From: a virus
Taxonomy: Duplodnaviria; Caudoviricetes
DNA: 56,589 bases
Virus record (IMG/VR): IMGVR_UViG_3300027419_000038
Coordinates: 1 to 56,589 of that record
Direction: 5' to 3' (one strand)
In this document: piece by piece, positions 25,452 to 34,924 of the stretch
Layout: the number at the start of each line of letters is the position of its first letter
How positions within the stretch are numbered: position 1 is the first letter of the stretch
The notes under the pieces: generated by a model
What the model was told of the DNA's origin: nothing
What the model saw: only the letters and a program-made list of their open reading frames with translations
Databases searched by the model: none
Made by a program: the position numbers and the translations under genes

Positions 25452-26366
25452 TTATGGGATGAAATTCCCTTCGTAATGTAAGAAAACATATCCATTGTTA
25501 CATATAAGCTCATCAATGGATTTACCTTTAGCCCATCCAGCTATATCTGCTTTTACACCATTAACTAAGCCTATATAGTGCCCGTACCATACTCCATCAA
25601 GACAACGAACTTGGCAGTGAACTCCTTGACAGGTTAATCCTAACGCCCTGCACGCTGGAAGCAGAACATCGTTAACTAAATCCGCACAATTACCTTTTCG
25701 GCTTGTTACTGTAGTGTATTGGCTCTGTTGCTGGTCATAGTAGTACACATATTTGAAATACTTTGCAATGACATTCCTAATATCTTGTAAAGTGTTTATT
25801 GTACCTAATTTACGTAATTCGGCTAGTACCCACACGTCTCCTTCAACTACACCTGGTTTTACAACCTGGTACGTTGGAATAGAACTCCACGTTTTAGGAC
25901 CAACTATTCCATCAGGAGTATGTCCGGTGACTGATTGGAATGCTTCAACAGCTAATTCAGTTATCCCACCAAACACTCCGTCTACTGTAGCTGTGTAAAA
26001 TCCGAAATCTTGTAGTTTTTGCTGTAAGAATACAACGCACTGGTTTTGGTTTCCAATGCTTAGAACAACTTTAGAACACCCTTCGAAATCCCTAGGCTCT
26101 GTATTAACTGGAACTTCAACTGGGGGTTGCTCAGCTTCAGTAGAAGGTGGATTCACATACACTGCTGGACCTTTAGCATAGTTAATAATCCTCTGAACCA
26201 TATCTGCAAATTTACTCCCAGAGACATAATCTCCAGTCAAATCTTCTTTTAAGTTTACACTATCAGGTAATCTGTTATTCAACTTCACATAAGCCGAATA
26301 TCGCTTATACATTTTCCTGAATGTTTCATTTGGGATTAATGTTGTTGTATCTGATATATTTCCCAT
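25452..26366 (-). CDS. pei: Endolysin: pseudomurein endoisopeptidase (PMBR + PG_binding_1-like domain + peptidase C71-like domain)
   Basis: ETFRKMYKRYSAYVKLNNRLPDSV (PMBR); LQQKL..FGF..VDGVFG..T..AV..FQ...DGIVGPKTW; YVYYYD..GNCAD..VRC..GHY. Confidence 0.85.
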   Translation of the reverse strand: MGNISDTTTLIPNETFRKMYKRYSAYVKLNNRLPDSVNLKEDLTGDYVSGSKFADMVQRIINYAKGPAVYVNPPSTEAEQPPVEVPVNTEPRDFEGCSKVVLSIGNQNQCVVFLQQKLQDFGFYTATVDGVFGGITELAVEAFQSVTGHTPDGIVGPKTWSSIPTYQVVKPGVVEGDVWVLAELRKLGTINTLQDIRNVIAKYFKYVYYYDQQQSQYTTVTSRKGNCADLVNDVLLPACRALGLTCQGVHCQVRCLDGVWYGHYIGLVNGVKADIAGWAKGKSIDELICNNGYVFLHYEGNFIP

Positions 26367-26402
26367 TTTATTACCTCCATTTTATAAAAAAAATAACCCT
26401 AT

Positions 26403-26816
26403 TTATGTTAATCCATAAATAGGTTCATTAATTTGAGTTTTAACATGATTCATCATCTTTTCTTCCGGGCTTAACTCAGGTACTGGTGCTGTTACAACTA
26501 CTGGCTCCGGTTCGGGTTCTGGCTCCACATATTCTATTAAATATCCCCATGCACCGTTTGCATGTTTATCCGCACCAGTTGTTCCATCGTAATCAGAATC
26601 ACATATTGCACATGTGATTTCACCCTCATAAGTCCCTTTAGGATTCACTAATAAACAATTAACATGGTCACAATTCGGGCAGTAATCTTCCCAGACATAA
26701 TAACCACTATATCCTCCATACATCCCTCCAGGTATGAAATACCCTTCAACAGTTCCCGCACTTGACGATGGAACCATTAAGAGAAATAATGCAAGTAATA
26801 GTAAAATTCGCTTAAT
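26403..26816 (-). CDS. Secreted Cys-rich protein (probable ATT start giving a signal peptide)
   Basis: GGAGTTGA-4 nt-ATT, then KRILLLLALFLLMV; CPNC..NPKG.YEGEITC..CDSDY. Confidence 0.65.
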   Translation of the reverse strand: MKRILLLLALFLLMVPSSSAGTVEGYFIPGGMYGGYSGYYVWEDYCPNCDHVNCLLVNPKGTYEGEITCAICDSDYDGTTGADKHANGAWGYLIEYVEPEPEPEPVVVTAPVPELSPEEKMMNHVKTQINEPIYGLT

Positions 26817-26846
26817 TAAATCAACTCCTTTAAAAAAAGAGTAAAA

Positions 26847-27164
26847 TTACTCTATTAATTTGAAATATACTAGAGTAACAATCTCATACAGGTCAAAGTC
26901 ATCATAACAATCCTGCATTTCCATCAGCAGTCCATCAAAGTCCCTACATCCAGGGTCATGGTTGATTGTTAAATCTTCCTGCTCAACATCCTGGAATCTC
27001 ATTACTTTGATTTCAGTCACTTCTGCCACATCTACTGCCTCACCTTCTAAATCATAGAGGTTAATCTTTTCACCCACCAATAATAGTGCGTGTTTAACCC
27101 CTCTTCGGCAAGTCATATTCAATCCATCTTTAAATGTAGGTTTTACAAATTCTAATCCTTTAAT
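26847..27164 (-). CDS. ASCH/PUA-like domain protein (probable ATT start)
   Basis: LEF..P.FKDGLNMTCRRG...AEVTEI....F.DV..ED ASCH pattern; GGAGTTGA RBS before ATT. Confidence 0.7.
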   Translation of the reverse strand: MKGLEFVKPTFKDGLNMTCRRGVKHALLLVGEKINLYDLEGEAVDVAEVTEIKVMRFQDVEQEDLTINHDPGCRDFDGLLMEMQDCYDDFDLYEIVTLVYFKLIE

Positions 27165-27232
27165 ATTATCAACTCCTTTTTTTTATCTGTATTATATTAG
27201 GATTAACACCTATATATAACTATGCTATGTAT

Positions 27233-27994
27233 TTACACCCCAACAGATATAGTAAATCCTTTACTGATTTGAACATTCCCTTTAGCAACCCAGTCAATAT
27301 TAACCGCCGTTGAAAATGTGGCTAGATTAACATCAACAATCCTTATAACACAAGAATCCTCCGATTTAGACACTATAGATGGTGTGAATAAGTGATTATG
27401 GGGGGTTAATTCGAGTACAGGGGGGTCGGTGAATATCACATTAAAATTAATTTTCACATCTGCGGTTGCTGCGCCAGTCCCAGTTATAGTAGCAGTCCCA
27501 CAATCATCCATACGTATATAATCATTCAAATAAGTCGTATCCACAATCTGCGTATGATAAAACACCGTACCAGGGGTAACTGGGGTGAATTGGATATAAT
27601 CTAAGTTAACAGTATTAGCAGATAACTGGTCTACAACAACACGATACTCAGATTTGGGATTGAACATGAATATGACAGGTGTTCCAAATTTCTGGGCAGG
27701 GATTGGCTTTGAGGCATAAATATCAATAAAATCCCCCCCATTCTCCTGAATACGTACACGTATGTCCTTTTCAACAGTGCTCGTAGAATCCCATAATATA
27801 TTAATACACTGTATTCCCCCCAATGCTGAAACCGGGAGCACACCAGTATCCAATAAGACCATACCAGGGGTATTCCCCTGGACGGCATTACTATTCTGGT
27901 ATTTACTATCAATAACTATATTCGCATTCTCCCCTTTATATATTACAGCATCGAACAGCATCGTCCCGTTTGCAGGTAATCCTGTGTTACTCAT
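27233..27994 (-). CDS. Tail fibre/receptor-binding protein (CBM-like plus C-terminal H-type-lectin-like domain)
   Basis: NLDYIQF; G........INF...F..PP.....IDWVAKG. Confidence 0.65.
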   Translation of the reverse strand: MSNTGLPANGTMLFDAVIYKGENANIVIDSKYQNSNAVQGNTPGMVLLDTGVLPVSALGGIQCINILWDSTSTVEKDIRVRIQENGGDFIDIYASKPIPAQKFGTPVIFMFNPKSEYRVVVDQLSANTVNLDYIQFTPVTPGTVFYHTQIVDTTYLNDYIRMDDCGTATITGTGAATADVKINFNVIFTDPPVLELTPHNHLFTPSIVSKSEDSCVIRIVDVNLATFSTAVNIDWVAKGNVQISKGFTISVGV

Positions 27995-30291
27995 CTTAAC
28001 ACCTCATATTCATACACAAAATCAGATAAACTCACATTACACGTATAATCCCCTTCAACAGACGTTTTAAACCTAAGAGCTTGGTACTTATCCACACCAT
28101 CATAACCTAAATTATACACTCCTTTATCCTCTAAACGAACTATGTTAGAAATATATCCTTCACTACTTCCCAATTCTAAACCATAAACATAACCCGGGGT
28201 GGGTAAATTATTCCATGGGCGGCTAAACGTTAAAGAAGTAGCATCATCCCCAGGAGTTCCATCAGGAGCTATATTATACTGACTTGCGAATTTCGCCTGA
28301 CCCATACCATAAAAATAGTAATTATTATAATATGCCGCAACACCTGTAGGAGTCTCCCTACCAGTCATTGCAAAATACCCTGCCGTATTATCAGACTTAT
28401 AACTCAATCGAAACACACCATCAATATACACATACGTTCTGAACTCAGTTACCTTAAATAGGTACGTGTGGTAATTAGCATCCATTGTAGCAGTATACTC
28501 GCTGAGAGTAGCAATTGTAGCCCCTCCCCTCCGTTCCATCACCTGGAATTTATAAGGTGCGGACCAATTCTGGTACCAAATATGATATCCATTAGTTACA
28601 ATATCTGCCTCACCAGTATCATAAGCCCCATCCCAATGCGTTGCGAACTCCACATTAGACCCAATCTTCCCACTAATAGTCACCTGATAAGGAGGCTTCA
28701 ATTTCTTAACAGTTCTCAAATAAGCCCGGTCTCCCGTACTAGTATTTGTTATTCTAATTTCCGCCCCAGTCTCAGCTACTGTGGCATTACCATGAGTAAC
28801 AGCAGTCCAGATACTCGTATTGATACTGTTATCATCAAAGCTGTCTGAAACAGTGGCGGATACTGCCCCAAATGTCAATGGTTGTACTGCCGAATGTCTA
28901 CATATACAAATGTTATCAAATGTGATGGAAGTGTCTCTATTTCCCCCCATACCATAATGCCCGACCCGTATGTGGTTAGTGTAATCCGCGTCGATGTATA
29001 ATACATTGTTTATCCAAACACGCATATTAGTTCCAGTATCAATCACTGTTAAGTGATATGTGGTACCAGCGGGGACTTTACCAGCCATCCACGTAGCATC
29101 AGCAGCAATATGCATACTCCCATCATAATATGATAAAAACCGTATCTTCTGATTAGTTCCATCGTAATGTGTGTCAATTAAATTAACTTTGGCACCATCC
29201 GCTTGATATCGTGGGACTGATAACCATGCGTATGGGGTTTCTGAACCCACACCCTGGGTTTTTATTTTGAAATCAGCCTCTATCCTACACCCATCTGGGT
29301 CATAAACTCCTAATGTATTATAGAATATGTTTGAAGGGTCATCCGAACCATTTCCTGTATGGTTTACACTATAGGTTCCTGATATTTTATCAGTTCCGGA
29401 AACTATACTGGTAGTCCCATGGAGATTCCACCATTGCCTGTAGGGGAATACTCTCCCCGCACCATACTGGGCATCCTCAAAATCATCATGAACCCTGTAC
29501 ACCATGAATGGGGCGGATTTATCCGTAGTTGCTGATGAATTCCCAAAATGGATTAATATGGGGGTATAATATGGGCTTGGAGCTATAGTATCCAAACTAA
29601 CCTTAAATACAGCGTATGTACTCGCAACATACTCTGAACGATGGAAACAGAGGAATGTTTTACCATCGGGGTGTGTGAATCGAATATCTGTGAAATCCGT
29701 ATTAATACCTGTTTCCCAAGGTACGGTTATAGTAACGACTAATTCTTTACTTACAACTCCGGGAGTCCCCCCAGCTAAATATGCTACACGCATGTAACTC
29801 CACCCTTGAAGCCACACGTTCCTAATCCGTACATCAGACAAATGCTTATAACGGAAGGGTAAATTTATATGGAATTTACCAGAGGTTCCACTATTGTCTA
29901 CATGGTTTAATTCTGGGGAACCTCCACAATTAGCTAAATTGAAAACAACCTCCCGTGTTTCTTCTGTTGTGGAAATGTTTGATGAAACATACTCTGCAAT
30001 TAATTCTTCTTTCCCAGAGTTAATTATTCCCCATAACTGTACAATAGTCCTGTATTGTCCTGGCGTTGAATCTGCCTTGGTTGTTAGTTTACATCGTGCG
30101 GATGACCACCTTACATTGTTTGATTCGAGTGGGTGGCAGGTGTTTTGGAAAGCACCAGTTCCATAACTCCCACTAGGTTTTTGGAATACTGCGAGTCCAT
30201 CGTTAAGGGCATAAAAATTATTATATGGGGCATCCTGCTGTATTGCCCCCACCCCGTCTTTTTTAACACTTACGTATGTCATAATTTTCAC
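27991..30291 (-). CDS. Adhesin/receptor-binding protein (DUF2341 plus two ConA/LamG-like lectin domains)
   Basis: DFTDIRFTHPDG...IHFGN; HDDFE..FDNI; SDSFDDNSINTSIW. Confidence 0.75.
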   Translation of the reverse strand: MKIMTYVSVKKDGVGAIQQDAPYNNFYALNDGLAVFQKPSGSYGTGAFQNTCHPLESNNVRWSSARCKLTTKADSTPGQYRTIVQLWGIINSGKEELIAEYVSSNISTTEETREVVFNLANCGGSPELNHVDNSGTSGKFHINLPFRYKHLSDVRIRNVWLQGWSYMRVAYLAGGTPGVVSKELVVTITVPWETGINTDFTDIRFTHPDGKTFLCFHRSEYVASTYAVFKVSLDTIAPSPYYTPILIHFGNSSATTDKSAPFMVYRVHDDFEDAQYGAGRVFPYRQWWNLHGTTSIVSGTDKISGTYSVNHTGNGSDDPSNIFYNTLGVYDPDGCRIEADFKIKTQGVGSETPYAWLSVPRYQADGAKVNLIDTHYDGTNQKIRFLSYYDGSMHIAADATWMAGKVPAGTTYHLTVIDTGTNMRVWINNVLYIDADYTNHIRVGHYGMGGNRDTSITFDNICICRHSAVQPLTFGAVSATVSDSFDDNSINTSIWTAVTHGNATVAETGAEIRITNTSTGDRAYLRTVKKLKPPYQVTISGKIGSNVEFATHWDGAYDTGEADIVTNGYHIWYQNWSAPYKFQVMERRGGATIATLSEYTATMDANYHTYLFKVTEFRTYVYIDGVFRLSYKSDNTAGYFAMTGRETPTGVAAYYNNYYFYGMGQAKFASQYNIAPDGTPGDDATSLTFSRPWNNLPTPGYVYGLELGSSEGYISNIVRLEDKGVYNLGYDGVDKYQALRFKTSVEGDYTCNVSLSDFVYEYEVLR

Positions 30292-32558
30292 CTTTTTTGA
30301 ATGAATGCTCCAGGACTTCTGAATCCCATAGTCCCTAATGATGTTTGAGAATACATACTCCTTGAATTTGAGTTATCATAGCCTAGGAGTTGTCTTTTGA
30401 TATTTAGAATGGCAGAGTTGAATCTTTTACTTGGAAGATTCAGGTCAATGGTTGTTTGAAATTCCTGAGATTCTAAATTGAATGAGTTATCCATACTCTT
30501 GATATTATGATACCCACTTAGGTATTGCTGTGGTAAATCCGTCACTAAATAATTCGAAGGGTTTAACAAAACAGTGCCCATAATATCTAAGCTGAATCCA
30601 ACATAAGCGTAGGAGTTAGTTTCGATGTATTCCTTCGCATCCTTATCTGCATCAACTTGAGTATTTACATCACTTAAATCCTTATAATTCTGCCAAGGAC
30701 CATAACGGAGATAACTATCCATGTTCATATATGATGAAGAACCAACAGCATCATTAGCTCCTTCTTTATAATGCCAATGTCTCAACGCCTTATTAGCAAA
30801 TCCAGAGCTTCCTTTACCCACACTAGGCTTGTAAGTTATGTTGGATATTTTAAGGATGTTGAAACCCTGTTTGGCTTCTACTTCTCCAGGATTCCCATAC
30901 AATTTCTCCATTACAAATACATCTTTACAACGTTCCTTACCATATTTAACATACCCTGCATACCCGCTTTCCTCACATACTTTACGAACAACCTCAATAG
31001 GGTAATTAGTCCCCATATCTAGGTGGAGTTGCATATTCGTTTCTTCAGCCATTAATCCAATATTATCCACATACAATACTCTGTCTTTGAGATTAGAACT
31101 ATTCCATTCATTCAATTCATCTACAAATGACACTTTAGTGATATAATAATGGCTTGATGGGCAAATCTTATCAAATGCTTCTTTCAAATTAAATTTAAAA
31201 GCTACGGGAATTCCAGTATATTGTGGGGGGGAGTGTCCAATTACAGTGCCCTCAACACGTGAAGAATTGAAGGTTATGGTGTATTCCTGAGCGTCACTCG
31301 GTTGCTGCCCGTCTTTAAACATTTCAACAACAACATTTCCTCTAAGAGGATATACAGTTCCACTCCCCACTGCAAGATAATCAAACACCAGTAACGGGTT
31401 CTCCGCAGCATCTTTAGGATTCCCAATACTAGCCCACCATATAGAGTCACATGCTAAGCTCTGAACCTCACTACAAGTTTTAATCTTCACATCATTATAA
31501 CTCAACATTAACGATGGAGCAGGGTTTCCAATATTCTTATCATGCTTTTTAGCATATCCAGAACATGCTATGGAATTATAATCCGAAACATCCCCCATAT
31601 TCAATAAAAAGGCATAACTAGCCTTTACTTCAGTCATTATGGGATATTCATTATTCGCACACTGGAAGTCCAAGAATTGTAGGATATTGTTGAAATTATA
31701 GTGTGGGAAGACTGATTTTTCATCATCAGAGGGACCAATACCCAAAGAATAATTCATATAGGTGGGTTCACGGTACATGTCGATTAACCTATCCACAAAA
31801 TCAAATGAAATCGTATTATTATCTGGATTTTGAGTGTAACCTAACAAATACCCTCCAAAATCTGGTTTGGCTTTCTTACGAGTCTCACCCACATAAAACG
31901 TAACCGAATCCATGAAGTCAAAAATCATCCTAGAATAAGGATTAGATTCTAAGAAGAAATCCTCTTTAAAGATAACATTCATCTTAGCAGTATTCAACTC
32001 AGCTATGTTATTCTTAGAATATGAGGCAGTCTTAGCCTCCAAACTCAATTCAGGATTAGTATCATCCGTTGAAAGCGTAATCACTTTCTTCACTATAAAT
32101 GACTCAACCCATGTATCCCTACTAGTCCATTTAGCCTTCAAAGTATGGGTTCCTGACGATAAAGTGTGTTTACCGAAGTCCAACATCACTAGACGTAAAG
32201 CATCACTCCCACAATCCTTCTCATCCACATCAACAGAATCCAATTCCAGCGTTACTTTAGGATTATATATTTTAGGGTGTTTCACCACCCTCATATAAAT
32301 CCTGTACTCTCCACTTTCAGGAAGTACAATATCTTTAGTTAAACTACCACTGGCAGTAGTATTCCAATTATGGAATCCTATAGCGTCAAATCCATAAATA
32401 GTCTTATAATCAACACCAGCCGAAGCAATGCAATCTTTACAGGGGATATAATTGATTAATGAATGGTCTGTTGCTTCTATCTCTGCTCGGAAGTAGGGTT
32501 CAGCGAAGTGTGTTACGGGGGCTTCGCCCCTTAATGTTGGAATAAAATTAGCATACAT
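30288..32558 (-). CDS. Tail tip/hub protein with N-terminal CBM6/35-like domain
   Basis: LPESGEYRIY...LSSGTHTLK; position downstream of distal tail gene. Confidence 0.65.
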   Translation of the reverse strand: MYANFIPTLRGEAPVTHFAEPYFRAEIEATDHSLINYIPCKDCIASAGVDYKTIYGFDAIGFHNWNTTASGSLTKDIVLPESGEYRIYMRVVKHPKIYNPKVTLELDSVDVDEKDCGSDALRLVMLDFGKHTLSSGTHTLKAKWTSRDTWVESFIVKKVITLSTDDTNPELSLEAKTASYSKNNIAELNTAKMNVIFKEDFFLESNPYSRMIFDFMDSVTFYVGETRKKAKPDFGGYLLGYTQNPDNNTISFDFVDRLIDMYREPTYMNYSLGIGPSDDEKSVFPHYNFNNILQFLDFQCANNEYPIMTEVKASYAFLLNMGDVSDYNSIACSGYAKKHDKNIGNPAPSLMLSYNDVKIKTCSEVQSLACDSIWWASIGNPKDAAENPLLVFDYLAVGSGTVYPLRGNVVVEMFKDGQQPSDAQEYTITFNSSRVEGTVIGHSPPQYTGIPVAFKFNLKEAFDKICPSSHYYITKVSFVDELNEWNSSNLKDRVLYVDNIGLMAEETNMQLHLDMGTNYPIEVVRKVCEESGYAGYVKYGKERCKDVFVMEKLYGNPGEVEAKQGFNILKISNITYKPSVGKGSSGFANKALRHWHYKEGANDAVGSSSYMNMDSYLRYGPWQNYKDLSDVNTQVDADKDAKEYIETNSYAYVGFSLDIMGTVLLNPSNYLVTDLPQQYLSGYHNIKSMDNSFNLESQEFQTTIDLNLPSKRFNSAILNIKRQLLGYDNSNSRSMYSQTSLGTMGFRSPGAFIQKR

Positions 32559-32561
32559 TTT

Positions 32562-34913
32562 TTACACCCCATGAACAATTCGTAATCTCTGGTCAACAGG
32601 GTTAAGCCATTCCATTGCCAAATTAGAGAATGAATTTAGATTGCTTGGGGGTTCCATTTGGTCATACACTCCAATCCCAGTTAATTCGGAAGCAGGTAAA
32701 CTATTACTCTTTATAGTGGTTGGTTTGTTTTTAATCACCATCATCCCAAACCTATTGGAAGCATAGGGAGCCATTGTCCAAGGGGATGTTGTTGTTGCGT
32801 TAGGTTTTGGGGCTATTTGGAAGATATCCCCCGTTATTGTTGCACTCTGCGTTGTGGGTGTTAAAACTTTCATCGACACTTGTTCCGTTAAATCGTTTGT
32901 TAAAGTATACCAAAACGAATAACCCACTAATGATGTAGTTAATGTTATTGTAGAACTACTTGTGGATGCTAAGCTCACCCCAGCCCCATCCCGTTCATGT
33001 ATTTGAAATACCACGGTTTTACCCGCAACACTACTTTTAAGGGCGGCGTTAACATTTAATATTAATCCCACACGACTCCCTGAAGGGAGGGGGGTATATG
33101 GGGTTTGCATTATCCCCTCCCCCGCCGATGCGTTGTTTGTTGTAAATTCAATAGCGTACCCCGTACCACCATAACCTGGAGTAACTCTTTGGATTGTACT
33201 TCCGGACGCACCCCAGCCTGTAAGGTCAGTTTCAAGCCCGTACTGGTTAGTAGTAAGTATATTATATACTGGGCTTATTAAACAATAAGGCTGGGTGAGC
33301 ATGGGCACATCCACACCCCCGGCTAAACCATTCTGTAACGCCCCATCCCGATAATACATCGTTTTAGTGGAGAACCCAAGGTCATTATATGGGTGTTTAA
33401 CATAAACAAATGGTTCGTTCCTCCGGATAGTCCATAGTGTCCTGTTTATTTGTAATTTCAAATATTCGGGAGTCTGGGCTAATAATTGGAGGTGTGTGAT
33501 GGTTTCCCCTAATGTGAATGTGTTTATAGTATCATATTGGGTACCAGTCCATCCTTTCAAAACAACCCCTGTTGATGTGGGGGTTAAGCTAATTCTCCCG
33601 TTTTGGATAATGCAACCCCCAACAGCTAATCTTTCTTCCACACCGTAAGTTTGACGTGATGTGGATGTGGGGTTATTATTGTTCCACACTTCTGGGCTGT
33701 TTAAGTATAATTTACCCATATTAGTCGGGTCTGATTGGAGTAAAACATCATCTAATGTGTTGAATAATTTACATGACCCTCTACTTCCAGTAGGCGTTCC
33801 AGAAACATATCCTGTATCTGGCACTTTGGAAACTGGAATTTTAGATGGAGGATTTGTATCATAAATCTTAAGATTAGCCACATTCACTGTTCTTGAAGTA
33901 GCCTCATGACTATGATACACAAACCCAACCCGTAGGGCATTCATATTACTTAACCCACAAGCCCCTTCCCATATTTTAACATAAGAAGAACCATTATGGA
34001 TGTATGCTACCATAAATCCATCAGCATCCAACGTCACTTTCCAATTCTGAACAGTAGCTGATGTGTTTGTTCTTGTTATTGGGTCTACAGGAGGTCTTGT
34101 AATTCGATAATCATGAGTAGAATTCCCACTATCATTAATGCAAAGCATAGCATCGTTCCATTCACTAGCTTGATTGAAATGATTGGGGCTAATCACAAAA
34201 TGAAGATTATGCCCATCATGATAAGGAACCGTACTCGTTGCAGGAACTTCCAAGTCAAATTCGGCTGTGAATGGGGCTTGGAATTGCGCTTTAGTCATAA
34301 TAGCCCTAGAACCCCAGGAAGGAGCACCAGATATAATAGTAGTCCTATTCCCAGACATAGCAAGTTTACCACCAGACACAGTGGTAGAACCTCCAGTCAT
34401 GTTCCAAGCACCATAATCCTCCCAAATAGTTGTGGTGTTTAAACTATCAAATGTTTCTTCAAATAACACTCTTTGAGTAGTCCAATCGTACTCGAAGTCA
34501 TAATCTGTAGTAGCAACCGCACTATTAACAAAATCCATTTCTAAATAAGCATTCTGATTATTAGTTATTAATTCAATAGTTAATGTGGCTTTAGCACGTG
34601 TAATGTTAATATACTCAACATCAACATCCCGTATGAGATAATAACCCCTATGAGGCAATCCCTTACCAGTCAAAACACCAGTGGAAGCATCAATCCACAC
34701 AGGACCCCAATCCTTAGAATTAGAACCACGGATAGTTATATCCCCACTAGTTTCACTCTTCCCACGTGTAATAAGCCCACGTAACATCCAGCATTGCCAT
34801 GCGTCAGCGACGATGGTGAATTTCTCAACACCATCGACACCATAATCATTAGATTCCTCTAAATAGAACCCCCCACTAAACGTGAGAGGCCCTATAATAC
34901 AATCATTTGTCAT
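32562..34913 (-). CDS. Distal tail protein with inserted lectin and CBM_4_9-like domains
   Basis: Directly after tape measure; LFEETFD, NQYGLETDLTGW. Confidence 0.65.
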   Translation of the reverse strand: MTNDCIIGPLTFSGGFYLEESNDYGVDGVEKFTIVADAWQCWMLRGLITRGKSETSGDITIRGSNSKDWGPVWIDASTGVLTGKGLPHRGYYLIRDVDVEYINITRAKATLTIELITNNQNAYLEMDFVNSAVATTDYDFEYDWTTQRVLFEETFDSLNTTTIWEDYGAWNMTGGSTTVSGGKLAMSGNRTTIISGAPSWGSRAIMTKAQFQAPFTAEFDLEVPATSTVPYHDGHNLHFVISPNHFNQASEWNDAMLCINDSGNSTHDYRITRPPVDPITRTNTSATVQNWKVTLDADGFMVAYIHNGSSYVKIWEGACGLSNMNALRVGFVYHSHEATSRTVNVANLKIYDTNPPSKIPVSKVPDTGYVSGTPTGSRGSCKLFNTLDDVLLQSDPTNMGKLYLNSPEVWNNNNPTSTSRQTYGVEERLAVGGCIIQNGRISLTPTSTGVVLKGWTGTQYDTINTFTLGETITHLQLLAQTPEYLKLQINRTLWTIRRNEPFVYVKHPYNDLGFSTKTMYYRDGALQNGLAGGVDVPMLTQPYCLISPVYNILTTNQYGLETDLTGWGASGSTIQRVTPGYGGTGYAIEFTTNNASAGEGIMQTPYTPLPSGSRVGLILNVNAALKSSVAGKTVVFQIHERDGAGVSLASTSSSTITLTTSLVGYSFWYTLTNDLTEQVSMKVLTPTTQSATITGDIFQIAPKPNATTTSPWTMAPYASNRFGMMVIKNKPTTIKSNSLPASELTGIGVYDQMEPPSNLNSFSNLAMEWLNPVDQRLRIVHGV

Positions 34914-34924
34914 TCACTTTCCTC

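Noticed and set aside
27233-34913. Diversity-generating retroelement acting on adhesins
   Set aside because: No reverse transcriptase ORF and no TR/VR pair noticed
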